Below are positions 24,771 through 34,250 of a DNA stretch of 64,000 nucleotides, piece after piece; positions within the stretch are counted from its first letter, which is position 1, and every line of letters starts with the position of its first letter. The position numbers were made by a program, and so were the translations under genes. Location: the NCBI GenBank assembly GCA_963925895.1, contig CAWUVH010000011.1:99121-163120 (forward strand), given 5' to 3'. The notes under the pieces are model-generated. The model saw only the letters and a program-made list of their open reading frames with translations, was not told the origin of the DNA and ran no database searches. This stretch comes from an uncultured Burkholderiales bacterium (GTDB taxonomy: Bacteria; Pseudomonadota; Gammaproteobacteria; Burkholderiales; Eutrophovitaceae).

Positions 24771-24823
24771 CTGTGGGACTTCGAACGCAGAATGACAATT
24801 AAGACAAGAAAAATTAACTCGAC

Positions 24824-26134
24824 TTACTCTACGAATAGGTCGTTAATAGCCACCAAATCAGACTCTACCAGGCGCCCTGTGACTGCTTGAAGTCGAAACT
24901 TGGCCAAGATGGTGTCGTAAATTGCGCCGAACATGTCTCTGCGCGCCTCAGCCAGCAATGTCTCGGCATCAAGTACATCCACCGCAGTGCGCACACCAAC
25001 CTCCAGGCCCAGCTTAGTCGATTCCAATTGGAGTTTTGTCGACGATAGCGCCTGTCCAAAGGCATCAATACGTGCAATCCCTGTAGTAACATCTAAGAAG
25101 GCTACTCGCGCTTCTTGCGCCACTTTTCGTTTTACATACTCGAGCTCTTGAAAGCTTTTGTCATACTGAGAAATCGCCTCGCGAGTTTCAGATTTAACCT
25201 TACCCCCTTCGAAAATCGGAACCCGTAATCGAACCCCTACCACTCCAGCCGTAGTATCTGAGCCCGAACCAAAAGTACTATTCCCAGCATAACTATCAAC
25301 TATCGATCCTACTAAATCCACGGTCGGTGACGCGCCCAATCGATTAAATTCCACTCGAGTCTGAGCGATGCCCACCTCATGCTGCGCGAGTATCATTTCA
25401 AGAGACTTTTCTGTAGCACGCTGAACCCAAAGGTCAATATCATTAGGCATCGGCAATTCCAGCTCGAGGGGCATCTTTAGCTGAGCCAAATTCGCCGAGA
25501 CTGGCCCACCAACGAGTTCCTGTAGCGCCTCCTTAGATACTCTCAAATCATTCTGAGCAGCAAGCTCTTCTGCCAAGACAAGGTCAAGCCTTGCTTGAGC
25601 CTCTCGCTGATCCGTTATCGTTGCCGTACCAACAGAAAAATTTCGCTTTGCTAACTCAAGTTGTTCTGAAATTGCAATCTTTTGAGCCCGCACCGTGCCT
25701 AAATTAGTTTTAGCCCTGAGAACATTAGAATAAAGCCACAAGGTACGTAACATGAGATTCTGGTTAGCGAGCTCCAGCTCAGTATTGGCCTTAATTATTC
25801 CAAGCTGTGCCAGATCTACCGCAACATCATTCTGCTTTTTATACAGTGATTGTGTCGCCGTGACACCATACTCATACGATCCAAAATCCCGATGACCCGA
25901 ACTGAACGTGGAATCAGCATCCACACTGTTGTAATCGTAGCCAGCCTCCAAATTTATTTTGGGTAACCGGCTCGATTGGGCTTGAGGTAAGCTCTCCTGC
26001 ACCGATAAGTACTGAGCCTTTGCCGCCGCATACTGAGCGTCCTGGCTGACCGCATCTCGATAGATATCCAAGAGATCGACAGCATGGGCCGAACCAAAAA
26101 AAGATGACAATAAAACGAACGTTAGACGAATCAT
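24824..26134 (-). CDS. TolC-family outer membrane channel
   Basis: Internally duplicated OEP architecture; signal peptide MIRLTFVLLSSFFGSAHA; DLL.IY..A...D..Y.AA is typical of TolC. I prefer the ATG at 26134; the track starts at a TTG at 26170. Confidence 0.75.
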   Translation of the reverse strand: MIRLTFVLLSSFFGSAHAVDLLDIYRDAVSQDAQYAAAKAQYLSVQESLPQAQSSRLPKINLEAGYDYNSVDADSTFSSGHRDFGSYEYGVTATQSLYKKQNDVAVDLAQLGIIKANTELELANQNLMLRTLWLYSNVLRAKTNLGTVRAQKIAISEQLELAKRNFSVGTATITDQREAQARLDLVLAEELAAQNDLRVSKEALQELVGGPVSANLAQLKMPLELELPMPNDIDLWVQRATEKSLEMILAQHEVGIAQTRVEFNRLGASPTVDLVGSIVDSYAGNSTFGSGSDTTAGVVGVRLRVPIFEGGKVKSETREAISQYDKSFQELEYVKRKVAQEARVAFLDVTTGIARIDAFGQALSSTKLQLESTKLGLEVGVRTAVDVLDAETLLAEARRDMFGAIYDTILAKFRLQAVTGRLVESDLVAINDLFVE

Positions 26135-26231
26135 ATTGTTATATACCCCTAATATTAACGAACTCTTCAATGGGAGCTCGCCGGTGACAATATACCTTCA
26201 AACAACCCAAATTGCTGAGCTACTGCCCCAA

Positions 26232-27077
26232 TTACACCATTTCAGATGACCGAATAGTGTTTTCTAGCAACATTGTAATCGTCATAGGGCCTACTCCACC
26301 AGGAACTGGGGTTAAGAACCCTGCAACCTCGCGCACAGATTCGAAGTCTACGTCGCCCGCTAAAGAACCGTCCGGCAACCGGTTAATCCCTACATCAATA
26401 ACAGTGGCCCCTGGCTTAATCATGTCACCACTCAAGACTTTGGGTTTACCAACCGCAACGACAACAATGTCTGCCTGACTTGTGAACGACGCTAAATCGG
26501 GGGTTTTAGAGTTACAGATTGAAACTGTCGCACCTTTTTCTAACAACATTAAGGCCATCGGCTTACCAACTATATTGCTTCGACCAACTACAACTGCATG
26601 CCGGCCTTCAATAGCTATTCCGTAATATTCAAGGAGCTTCATGACCCCATGAGGCGTGCATGGATAAAATCGGGCATGACCTGTCACCATCGCACCGACA
26701 TTGATCTTGTGGAAGCCATCCACATCTTTCTGCGGCGAGATTATCTCCAGAATCTTATCTTCGTCAATGTGTTTTGGCAGCGGCAGTTGAACTAAAATTC
26801 CGTTAATCTCAGAATCATTATTCAGTAGTTTTAATGCTTCCAGAACCTTCTGCTCAGAAGTATTCGCCGCCAGCCGATACACTCGAGACTGCACGCCGAT
26901 CGCCTGACAGGCTGCAACTTTGTTTCGAACGTAAACCTGGGAGGCAGCATCATCTCCCAACAAGATTACCGCCAGACCAGGTTGAATATCTCGCTTCGCT
27001 AACTCCTCCACCCTCAATTTCATCTTTTCCCTGAGGACTTGAGAGACGAGCTTTCCGTCCACAATTTTTGCGCTCAT
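26232..27077 (-). CDS. folD: Bifunctional methylene-THF dehydrogenase / methenyl-THF cyclohydrolase
   Basis: 281 aa; ILVQLPLP, DVDGFH, VVGRSNIVGKPMA, PGGVGPMT. Confidence 0.95.
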   Translation of the reverse strand: MSAKIVDGKLVSQVLREKMKLRVEELAKRDIQPGLAVILLGDDAASQVYVRNKVAACQAIGVQSRVYRLAANTSEQKVLEALKLLNNDSEINGILVQLPLPKHIDEDKILEIISPQKDVDGFHKINVGAMVTGHARFYPCTPHGVMKLLEYYGIAIEGRHAVVVGRSNIVGKPMALMLLEKGATVSICNSKTPDLASFTSQADIVVVAVGKPKVLSGDMIKPGATVIDVGINRLPDGSLAGDVDFESVREVAGFLTPVPGGVGPMTITMLLENTIRSSEMV

Positions 27078-27135
27078 ACCCTACCCGACTAATATTAATG
27101 ATTCGACACTTAGGAGTGCCAAGCAAAATCCTTAC

Positions 27136-29262
27136 TTAACTCAAATTCCCCTCAACCTTTTGAATCTCAGCGAGAGTCGAATAGTATACCGGACCACGCC
27201 CCATATCCGCCTCTTTTTGGCTCGTTAGGGCATTAATATTGAACCCATTTTTCATTTTTGATCCCTGCAGTTGTTTGGGTGCACCAACAACTCCTTCTCT
27301 GAGACCTTTCACGATGTGCACATGACCAAACACCTCTCCTCGATCATTGAACAATCGACACATATCGCCCTCGGAAATAGACCGCTTATCAGCGTCTTGA
27401 GGGCTCAGCTCAAAAGTAGGACGCGACAACATATTCTGCAAATGTTCCACATGCTGAAATGTCGATCCAATAAAGTAGTGAGTCGCGGCACTAAAAACCT
27501 GCAATGGATAAGGGCTTGACTCGTCAACACCCGACAACCCCTCTACCTCAGGAACATGTCCGGGCATAGGATCAAGCCCAAGCTCATCCATCTGTTGAGA
27601 ATAGATTTCTATTTTCCCCGAGGGTGTTGGCCAAAAGCCGGAATTAACACCCTTCCTGCGTGGAGAGTCCACAGCACCTTTTGCCCACCCCTGCTTCTTG
27701 AGCAGATCTAGGGTCACACCTTCAAACAAAGGATTAAATTCGGGATCAATGATTTCCTCAATCATTTCCTCATCGGTTTGCGTGAAACAATCCTCCGTGT
27801 ACCCCATTTTCTTCGCAAGCCTTCGAAATAACTCACTGTTATCAACGCTCTCCCCGACCTTTTCTATAGCTGGCATTGATAAACCATAGTAATAGGCACC
27901 ATAACCCGCCAACAAATCCATTCGTTCAAGGGCTGTGTCCGCCGGTAACAAAATATCGGCATAAAGCGCCGAATCCGTATAAAAAGTATCGTGCACTACC
28001 GTAAATAAATCTGTTCGGGACAAACCCCGTCGCGCAGCTTTTGTATCGGGAACGCAGTTAGCCGGGTCGGCGTTCCATACGAAGAGCGCTTTAACAGGAG
28101 GGGTCGCTTTAGTAAGCGCGTCACCCAACTGGATCATATTAAAATTTCTGGGAGTCCTTCCCTTCAGCAGCTCGGACCTAAAGAATCGGTCTTCATCGAA
28201 GACTCGAAGCTCCCCTCCGGTCGAGACACACACTCCCCCGTCTCCCCCAGCAGCCCCCGTGACTGTGGGAAGCAACTTTATTGCGCGCATCATTGATCCA
28301 CCGTTCTCATGCCTTTGAATTCCCCAATTACAACGAATAAACGAGCGTTTCGTAGATGCGTACAGGTCACTTAGGCGCAATATGTCAGCCTCCTCCAAAC
28401 CGGTTATCTTGGCAACTTTTTGCAGGCTATATTCAGACAAACGCTCCTCTACAAAGCGCTCCCAACCAACGGTGTGTTCATTTAGAAAAGATTCATCGTG
28501 TAGTCCCTTTTCTACAATGATCTTCATCATCCCTAGGGCAAGAGCAGCGTCAGTGCCAGGCTTAGGTGCCAAATGCCAATCAGCAAAATCCGTGGTGCGG
28601 GTGACTCTGGGGTCAATCGCGATGATTTGAGCGCCATTCTTCCTTGCTTGATCCAAAAATGGTACGGCATGAACCCCCGTGCTGACAATGTTGGTACCCC
28701 ACAAGAGAATGACGTCCATGTTCGGGATGTTCTCAATGTCAGCGTCCCCAACACGTCCGAAGGTATATTTCTCTGCCGCAGCTCCCGCTGCAGTGCAGAT
28801 GGTACGTTCCAGATGACACGCGCCCATCCGATTAAAAAAACGTTGACCCATACCAAGAAACCCTGTCATACCCAGAGTGCCCGAGTATGAAAAAGGAAGT
28901 ACCGACTCTGCGCCATCTATATCGATGATACTTTTGAACCGATTTGAAATCTCATCCAACGCCTCATTCCAGGCAATACGCTCCCACTTCGCCCCAGGCC
29001 CTTTAGGACCAACGCGCCTTTGTGGATACAACACACGCTGATCGTTGTATACATAGTCGAGGTAGCTATTGACCTTTCCACACAGAAATCCTTGAGTGAC
29101 GGGATGAGTTTTATCCCCCTCAACCCTGATCGCCCGACCATTCGTCTGATCCACAGTAACGGACATCGAACAACCATCGGGGCAGTCATGCGGACACGAC
29201 ACATGAACCGTCTTCGTATCCTTGCTGATGATCGCTTCATTAGTCATGATCTGAATCCCCAT
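27136..29262 (-). CDS. Molybdopterin (bis-MGD) oxidoreductase, DMSO-reductase superfamily, cytoplasmic, substrate unknown
   Basis: 708 aa; N-terminal Fe-S motif SCPHDCPDGCSM followed by GFLCGKV; MopB core; C-terminal barrel-like region (VHIVKGLREGVV). No twin-arginine signal. The start may be the second ATG at 29247, which has GGGGA upstream. Confidence 0.75.
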   Translation of the reverse strand: MGIQIMTNEAIISKDTKTVHVSCPHDCPDGCSMSVTVDQTNGRAIRVEGDKTHPVTQGFLCGKVNSYLDYVYNDQRVLYPQRRVGPKGPGAKWERIAWNEALDEISNRFKSIIDIDGAESVLPFSYSGTLGMTGFLGMGQRFFNRMGACHLERTICTAAGAAAEKYTFGRVGDADIENIPNMDVILLWGTNIVSTGVHAVPFLDQARKNGAQIIAIDPRVTRTTDFADWHLAPKPGTDAALALGMMKIIVEKGLHDESFLNEHTVGWERFVEERLSEYSLQKVAKITGLEEADILRLSDLYASTKRSFIRCNWGIQRHENGGSMMRAIKLLPTVTGAAGGDGGVCVSTGGELRVFDEDRFFRSELLKGRTPRNFNMIQLGDALTKATPPVKALFVWNADPANCVPDTKAARRGLSRTDLFTVVHDTFYTDSALYADILLPADTALERMDLLAGYGAYYYGLSMPAIEKVGESVDNSELFRRLAKKMGYTEDCFTQTDEEMIEEIIDPEFNPLFEGVTLDLLKKQGWAKGAVDSPRRKGVNSGFWPTPSGKIEIYSQQMDELGLDPMPGHVPEVEGLSGVDESSPYPLQVFSAATHYFIGSTFQHVEHLQNMLSRPTFELSPQDADKRSISEGDMCRLFNDRGEVFGHVHIVKGLREGVVGAPKQLQGSKMKNGFNINALTSQKEADMGRGPVYYSTLAEIQKVEGNLS

Positions 29263-29453
29263 AAATTAAAACGAAATCATATTTGAACGAAACGGAGCCC
29301 AAAACTGTCTCACTTACAGCTTACAGCCACCGAATATTAACAAACCAATAGAATGAAGACTGATTCGTTTTTGCCTACAATCGAGCTAATGACTTAATCA
29401 ACTATTATTCCACTACATCCATAAAAAATCCGGCGGGGTACAAAAAAACTACA

Positions 29454-29936
29454 ATGCCTATCAGAAAATTGCACCATCTAGCCATGCGCTGCAGGGACAC
29501 TGAGGAGACAAGAACGTTCTACGAAGACTTTCTTGGTCTACCGTTAGTCCATGCCATCAAAATCACAGAAACCAAAACGGCACGCATCACCAACACATTA
29601 CACAGTTTTTATCGGATAAGCGATGGATCTCACATTGCCTTTTTTGAAAGCCCAGACAACCCGTTCGCCTTTAAACGACAACATGACTTCGATCTTCACA
29701 CTGCACTTGAAGTCGAAGAGGATTTCATGCATGCAATGATTAAAAAAGCTAAATTGTTAGGCATTGAAACCCGTGGAATCAGTGACCACGATTTTATACA
29801 TTCAGTTTATTTTCGTGACCCTAACGGTTATGTCTTGGAACTTACTGTAAAACAAGAAAATCACGATGAAAGCCTAGATCCAACCAAAAATCACGCACGA
29901 CAAATTTTAAGTGATTGGCAGGACAACAAACTTTAG
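29454..29936 (+). CDS. VOC-family protein (glyoxalase/dioxygenase fold)
   Basis: 160 aa; opening HHLAMRC.D.E.T..FY.DFLGL and later YFRDPNGY.LEL are typical of paired beta-alpha-beta-beta-beta VOC modules. Confidence 0.6.
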   Translation: MPIRKLHHLAMRCRDTEETRTFYEDFLGLPLVHAIKITETKTARITNTLHSFYRISDGSHIAFFESPDNPFAFKRQHDFDLHTALEVEEDFMHAMIKKAKLLGIETRGISDHDFIHSVYFRDPNGYVLELTVKQENHDESLDPTKNHARQILSDWQDNKL

Positions 29937-29972
29937 CTCTATGAGACACTATTAACAGCAGGAGAAAGAAAA

Positions 29973-30764
29973 ATGACTTTTAAACAACTGTCTTATCAAA
30001 GCGCAAACCGAATCGCCACGATCACATTAAATCAACCTGAAAGTTTAAACAGCTTCACCACCCAAATGCTCTTGGAACTTAGGGACGCGTTCTCAGAGGC
30101 GGAAATTGATAATGACGTAGGAGTGATCGTACTGACGGGAGCTGGCAGGGGATTCTGTGCCGGACAAAACTTAAAGGAACGCGAGCGATCTGCAGATCAA
30201 TCTAAATACGACCTTGGTCAATCGCTTAGGGAACGGTACGTCCCAATTGTGACCGCCATCCGATCTTCAACTAAGCCCGTCATTGGCGCGATAAACGGAA
30301 TTGCTGCCGGCGCAGGAGCTAATGTAGCCCTTGCATGCGACATTGTCATTGCAAAGGAGTCCGCCAGCTTCCTTCAAGCCTTTACTCGCATCGGATTAAT
30401 GCCAGATGCGGGAGGAACGTTTTTCTTAACACGAGCATCTGGTCGCCAACGGGCCATGGGCATGTCATTACTTGCACAACCCGTATCTGCTCGAGACGCA
30501 GAATCTTGGGGGATGATATGGAAGGCAGTTCCCGATCAAGACTTCGAAAATGAAGTACAACGAGTTGCTGAACAGCTTGCGAGAGGACCATCCCTGGCGT
30601 ATGCAAAAACGAAACAGGCAATTCTTGCAGCCGAGAAAAATGATTTTGAAACAGCTATTGAGCTGGAATGTGAACTGCAAACCGAGCTTGGGCATAGCGA
30701 TGATTATGCAGAAGGGGTTAATGCCTTCAAACAAAAACGGAATCCAAATTTTCACGGTAAATGA
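29973..30764 (+). CDS. Enoyl-CoA hydratase/isomerase, PaaG-like
   Basis: 263 aa, collinear with E. coli PaaG as I recall it (LTGAGRGFCAGQ.L, NG.AAGAGA..AL..DIVIA, G.MPD.GGT, EGV.AF..KR.P.F.GK). Confidence 0.8.
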   Translation: MTFKQLSYQSANRIATITLNQPESLNSFTTQMLLELRDAFSEAEIDNDVGVIVLTGAGRGFCAGQNLKERERSADQSKYDLGQSLRERYVPIVTAIRSSTKPVIGAINGIAAGAGANVALACDIVIAKESASFLQAFTRIGLMPDAGGTFFLTRASGRQRAMGMSLLAQPVSARDAESWGMIWKAVPDQDFENEVQRVAEQLARGPSLAYAKTKQAILAAEKNDFETAIELECELQTELGHSDDYAEGVNAFKQKRNPNFHGK

Positions 30765-30803
30765 TTTTCTGAACACAACTCAGCTACGAACAAAAAATTC
30801 ACG

Positions 30804-32243
30804 ATGAATCTCTTGAAACACCCATTGATTTGCCCTGCGATGCTAGGATTAATTTCCCTAACATCGAGCTGCACATCTCTAGGGCCGCAATACGAAACAC
30901 CGCTGGTTAATCTTCCAAATAGCTGGGCCAATGCAGACGCCAACCAAACTTACCAGAATCATCCCGCAGTCATTATGCATCTTGACTGGTGGAAATTCTT
31001 CGAAGACCCAACCCTCACCAGTTTGATTGAGGAGGCTCTTCAATCAAACCCCGATATGGATATAGCGAAGAACAGGATCCTACAAGCAGAAGAGAAATTA
31101 ATATCTGCAGGGGCAGACAAAAATCCAAGTCTAGATGCTAACTTAAGTACCAGCAAAGCAACAAGCAGCTCGGAGAGTGGCCTGGGGCGCACAAGCTCGA
31201 TAATGAGTACTCAATTTCAAACAAGTTGGGAAATTGATCTCTTTGGGAAATTCAAAAGAAATATAGAGGCATCTGAGGCAAACCTAAAACTCAAAATCGC
31301 CGCTCGCAATGGCATTAAAATAAAATTGATCGCAAGCATTGCTGAATCCTATATCGCATTTCGATCTAAGCAAGAGGAACTCAGTCTAGGGCGAGAAACA
31401 GCTCACTATTTAAGTGAGCTTATCGAGCTAGCAACGCACGAAGTAACGGTCGGATTAGAGACTGAGGAACAATTGCAACTCACTAACATTAAACTCGCCA
31501 ACCTAGAAACAACGCTTACGAAAAAAACAAGTGAGCTCAAGGAAATCTCCTTAGCCATAGATTTGCTTTTAGGAACGAGGCCTGGATATGCATTCATCAG
31601 CCTCAACCAGTCTGAAAACTTATTACAGCTTCCCTCAACCATCGCCCTCTCCATCCCAGCAGATACTATTTTACAAAGACCCGACGTTCAAGAAGCTCTT
31701 CATCAGTTACAGGTAGAGGCTGCGAATGTAGGCGTGGCTGAAGCACAACGCTATCCAAGCTTTTCTTTTTCTGGCTCGATCGGACTCGAAGCTCTAACAC
31801 TCAATTCATTAGGCAACTCGGGTGCAAACTTTTCTTCCATCCAAGCCAGTTTACTTGCACCAATTTTCAATTCCGGATCACTAGATGCCAATGTAAAAGC
31901 CCAAGTTGCAAGCCGAGGAGCCGCTGTTGAGTCCTATAAAAAGACTGTAGCAAATGGTCTTAATGAAGCTGAGCAAGCACTCGTTAACTTAGCATCCATC
32001 AAAAATCAACTACAGAATCTGAGTATTGCCCTAGATGCCGGAGCAAATAACCTCGAGTTCGTCAACAAAAGATATCAAACTGGATTAGTTAGCTTTAGAG
32101 AAGTTCTCCAGTCCCGTGATGAATTAAATGCCATAAAACAAAAGCAATCAACGCTGACATTTGGTGAATTTCAAAGCATCACTCAGCTTTACAAAGTCCT
32201 GGGCGGCGGGTGGGCTTATAACAACGATGAAGTAAAAAGATAG
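30804..32243 (+). CDS. Efflux outer membrane factor, NodT-type lipoprotein
   Basis: 479 aa; signal peptide with Cys (LISLTSSC); W.W.F.DP.L..LI..AL..N.D motif; duplicated OEP repeats; ends LY.ALGGGW. Confidence 0.75.
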   Translation: MNLLKHPLICPAMLGLISLTSSCTSLGPQYETPLVNLPNSWANADANQTYQNHPAVIMHLDWWKFFEDPTLTSLIEEALQSNPDMDIAKNRILQAEEKLISAGADKNPSLDANLSTSKATSSSESGLGRTSSIMSTQFQTSWEIDLFGKFKRNIEASEANLKLKIAARNGIKIKLIASIAESYIAFRSKQEELSLGRETAHYLSELIELATHEVTVGLETEEQLQLTNIKLANLETTLTKKTSELKEISLAIDLLLGTRPGYAFISLNQSENLLQLPSTIALSIPADTILQRPDVQEALHQLQVEAANVGVAEAQRYPSFSFSGSIGLEALTLNSLGNSGANFSSIQASLLAPIFNSGSLDANVKAQVASRGAAVESYKKTVANGLNEAEQALVNLASIKNQLQNLSIALDAGANNLEFVNKRYQTGLVSFREVLQSRDELNAIKQKQSTLTFGEFQSITQLYKVLGGGWAYNNDEVKR

Positions 32244-32270
32244 ACGCACATAAACCTCAGCATTAAAAAA

Positions 32271-33542
32271 ATGACATACTCAGAAAAATCTCTACAAGAT
32301 ATTCTTGATACTGAATCCAGATCCAACGTAAGTCCTAAAAAGATTTTCGGATATCTTGCACTTACCGTGCTTGGGTTAATTTTGATAGCTTTTCTATGGC
32401 CAGAAAATAAAAATCAACAGTATTCCTATCAAACAGAAAAAATCACAACTGGGTCTCTGATTGTAACGGTATCCGCAACAGGAAAACTGCGGCCCACCAA
32501 TCAAGTTGAAGTTGGAAGTGAGCTATCTGGAATTGTCGAAGCGGTCTACGTAGATGAAAATGACACAGTCACGGCTGGGCAGGTTCTGGCACAACTCGAC
32601 ACCTCGAAGCTACGTGACACGGTAGAGAAATCCAGATCTGCCCTAATGGGAAGAGAGGCCGCAGTAGCGCAAGCGCGTGCAACACTCTCGGAAGTCAATA
32701 CCAATTTGTATAGATTGAGGCAGCTCCATAAAATTTCTAACGGTAAAATACCCTCGCAAAATGAAATTGATGCTGCCGTCGCCAATGTGCGGCGCGCTCA
32801 GGCTGATGAGGCAAGTGCCTTAGCTGCTGTAGATCAAGCTAAAGCAGACCTAAGATCGGACGAAACCAACTTATCCAAGGCAACCTTGATTTCACCTATT
32901 AATGGGGTCGTCTTAAAGCGCTCAGTAGAGCCCGGGCAAACAGTTGCTGCTTCATTTCAAGCACCTGTTTTGTTCACCATTGCCGAAGACCTATCGAAAA
33001 TGAAGTTGCACGTCGACGTCGATGAGGCAGATGTTGGGAACATTAAAAATGGACAAAAATCCTACTTCACTGTGGACGCATGGCCTGACCGGGAATACTC
33101 CGCAAACATTCATCGAATTAGCTTTGCTGCCGAGATCAAAGATGACGTAGTCACCTACCCCACGATATTAGATGTCGGCAACTCCGATCTATCACTTAGA
33201 CCTGGGATGACTGGAACGGCAGTCATAACCACTCTCGACCTTACAAATCAACTCTTAGTGCCAAACGCAGCTTTTCGAGTAGATCTCAATGTACAAGCTG
33301 AAGATGAAAAACCCAATAAAAGCGTTTTCGGATTCTTGTTCCCTCGGCCAAAAACAGCCAAACAACAGGTTCGCACTGAACAACAAACTGGTCTTTCTAA
33401 GTTGTGGATCCTCAGCGAAGCAGGCCCAGTAGAAATTGCTGTAGATATTCTGGCCACAAATCCTAGATTTAGCGCTGTAACGACAAGCAACCTTAAACCT
33501 GGTACGGACGTAATCATCGATGCAATTGCAGAACAGCCTTGA
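32271..33542 (+). CDS. Periplasmic adaptor (HlyD/MacA-type membrane fusion protein)
   Basis: 423 aa; N-terminal TM helix, lipoyl-like halves flanking a long coiled-coil hairpin, and a beta-barrel domain. Confidence 0.8.
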   Translation: MTYSEKSLQDILDTESRSNVSPKKIFGYLALTVLGLILIAFLWPENKNQQYSYQTEKITTGSLIVTVSATGKLRPTNQVEVGSELSGIVEAVYVDENDTVTAGQVLAQLDTSKLRDTVEKSRSALMGREAAVAQARATLSEVNTNLYRLRQLHKISNGKIPSQNEIDAAVANVRRAQADEASALAAVDQAKADLRSDETNLSKATLISPINGVVLKRSVEPGQTVAASFQAPVLFTIAEDLSKMKLHVDVDEADVGNIKNGQKSYFTVDAWPDREYSANIHRISFAAEIKDDVVTYPTILDVGNSDLSLRPGMTGTAVITTLDLTNQLLVPNAAFRVDLNVQAEDEKPNKSVFGFLFPRPKTAKQQVRTEQQTGLSKLWILSEAGPVEIAVDILATNPRFSAVTTSNLKPGTDVIIDAIAEQP

Positions 33543-33564
33543 CTCACTTAGGTCAAAAATCCCA

Positions 33565-34236
33565 ATGACTCTCATTCAATTCAAAAATGTCACCAAGACC
33601 TACGGGTCAGGCGACAGCACCTTCCGAGCACTGAAAGGACTGAACTTAGCTATCGAAGACGGTGAGTTCTTAGCGCTGATGGGGCCAAGTGGCTCAGGAA
33701 AATCCACAACCATGAATATTGCCGCATGCCTCGACACGCTCACAAGTGGAAGTTACCTGTTTCAAAATGTCCCCGTAGAAAACCTAAATACATACCAAAG
33801 AACCTTACTAAGGAGAAACTTCCTGGGATTCATTTTTCAAGGATTTAATTTGCTCCCTAGAAGTTCGGCATTGGAAAATGTAGAGCTTCCTTTGATCTAT
33901 CGTGGGGACAAGGTTCTTGAAAGACGTTCAGCAGCCAATGCCGCTCTTGAGAAAGTCGGCTTATCCAATTGGAGGAACCATACTCCTAGCGAACTCTCTG
34001 GCGGACAACAACAACGCGTAGCGATTGCTCGCGCCATCGTAACAAAACCTAAAATACTTCTAGCTGATGAGCCAACGGGAAATTTAGACTCTCAAACAAG
34101 CGAGGAAATCATGTCTTTACTTACTTCATTGAATCGAGATTTAGGCATTACAGTCATCATGGTTACCCATGAGCCTCAAATGGCCGAATACGCAAGCCGC
34201 GTAGTGCACTTCTTAGATGGTCAAATTACTAACTAG
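33565..34236 (+). CDS. ABC transporter ATP-binding protein (MacB/LolD-type, separate polypeptide)
   Basis: Walker [10 protein letters not shown], signature [14 protein letters not shown], Walker [13 protein letters not shown]. Start placed at [14 protein letters not shown] (33565) rather than the track's 33520. Confidence 0.9.
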   Translation: MTLIQFKNVTKTYGSGDSTFRALKGLNLAIEDGEFLALMGPSGSGKSTTMNIAACLDTLTSGSYLFQNVPVENLNTYQRTLLRRNFLGFIFQGFNLLPRSSALENVELPLIYRGDKVLERRSAANAALEKVGLSNWRNHTPSELSGGQQQRVAIARAIVTKPKILLADEPTGNLDSQTSEEIMSLLTSLNRDLGITVIMVTHEPQMAEYASRVVHFLDGQITN

Positions 34237-34250
34237 GTCTCATTAAACTC

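Noticed and set aside
29263-29453. A Moco riboswitch or other cis-regulatory RNA upstream of the molybdoenzyme.
   Set aside because: I could not recognise the conserved Moco-motif helices or loops in either orientation. The spacer is AT-rich, and its only notable feature is a short CTTACAG duplication.
33520-33564. A 15-codon N-terminal extension of the ABC ATPase that would overlap the adaptor gene by 23 nt.
   Set aside because: MacB/LolD-type ATPases begin a few residues before the L..V.K.Y strand, and [14 protein letters not shown] at 33565 fits that. The extension has no homology signal.
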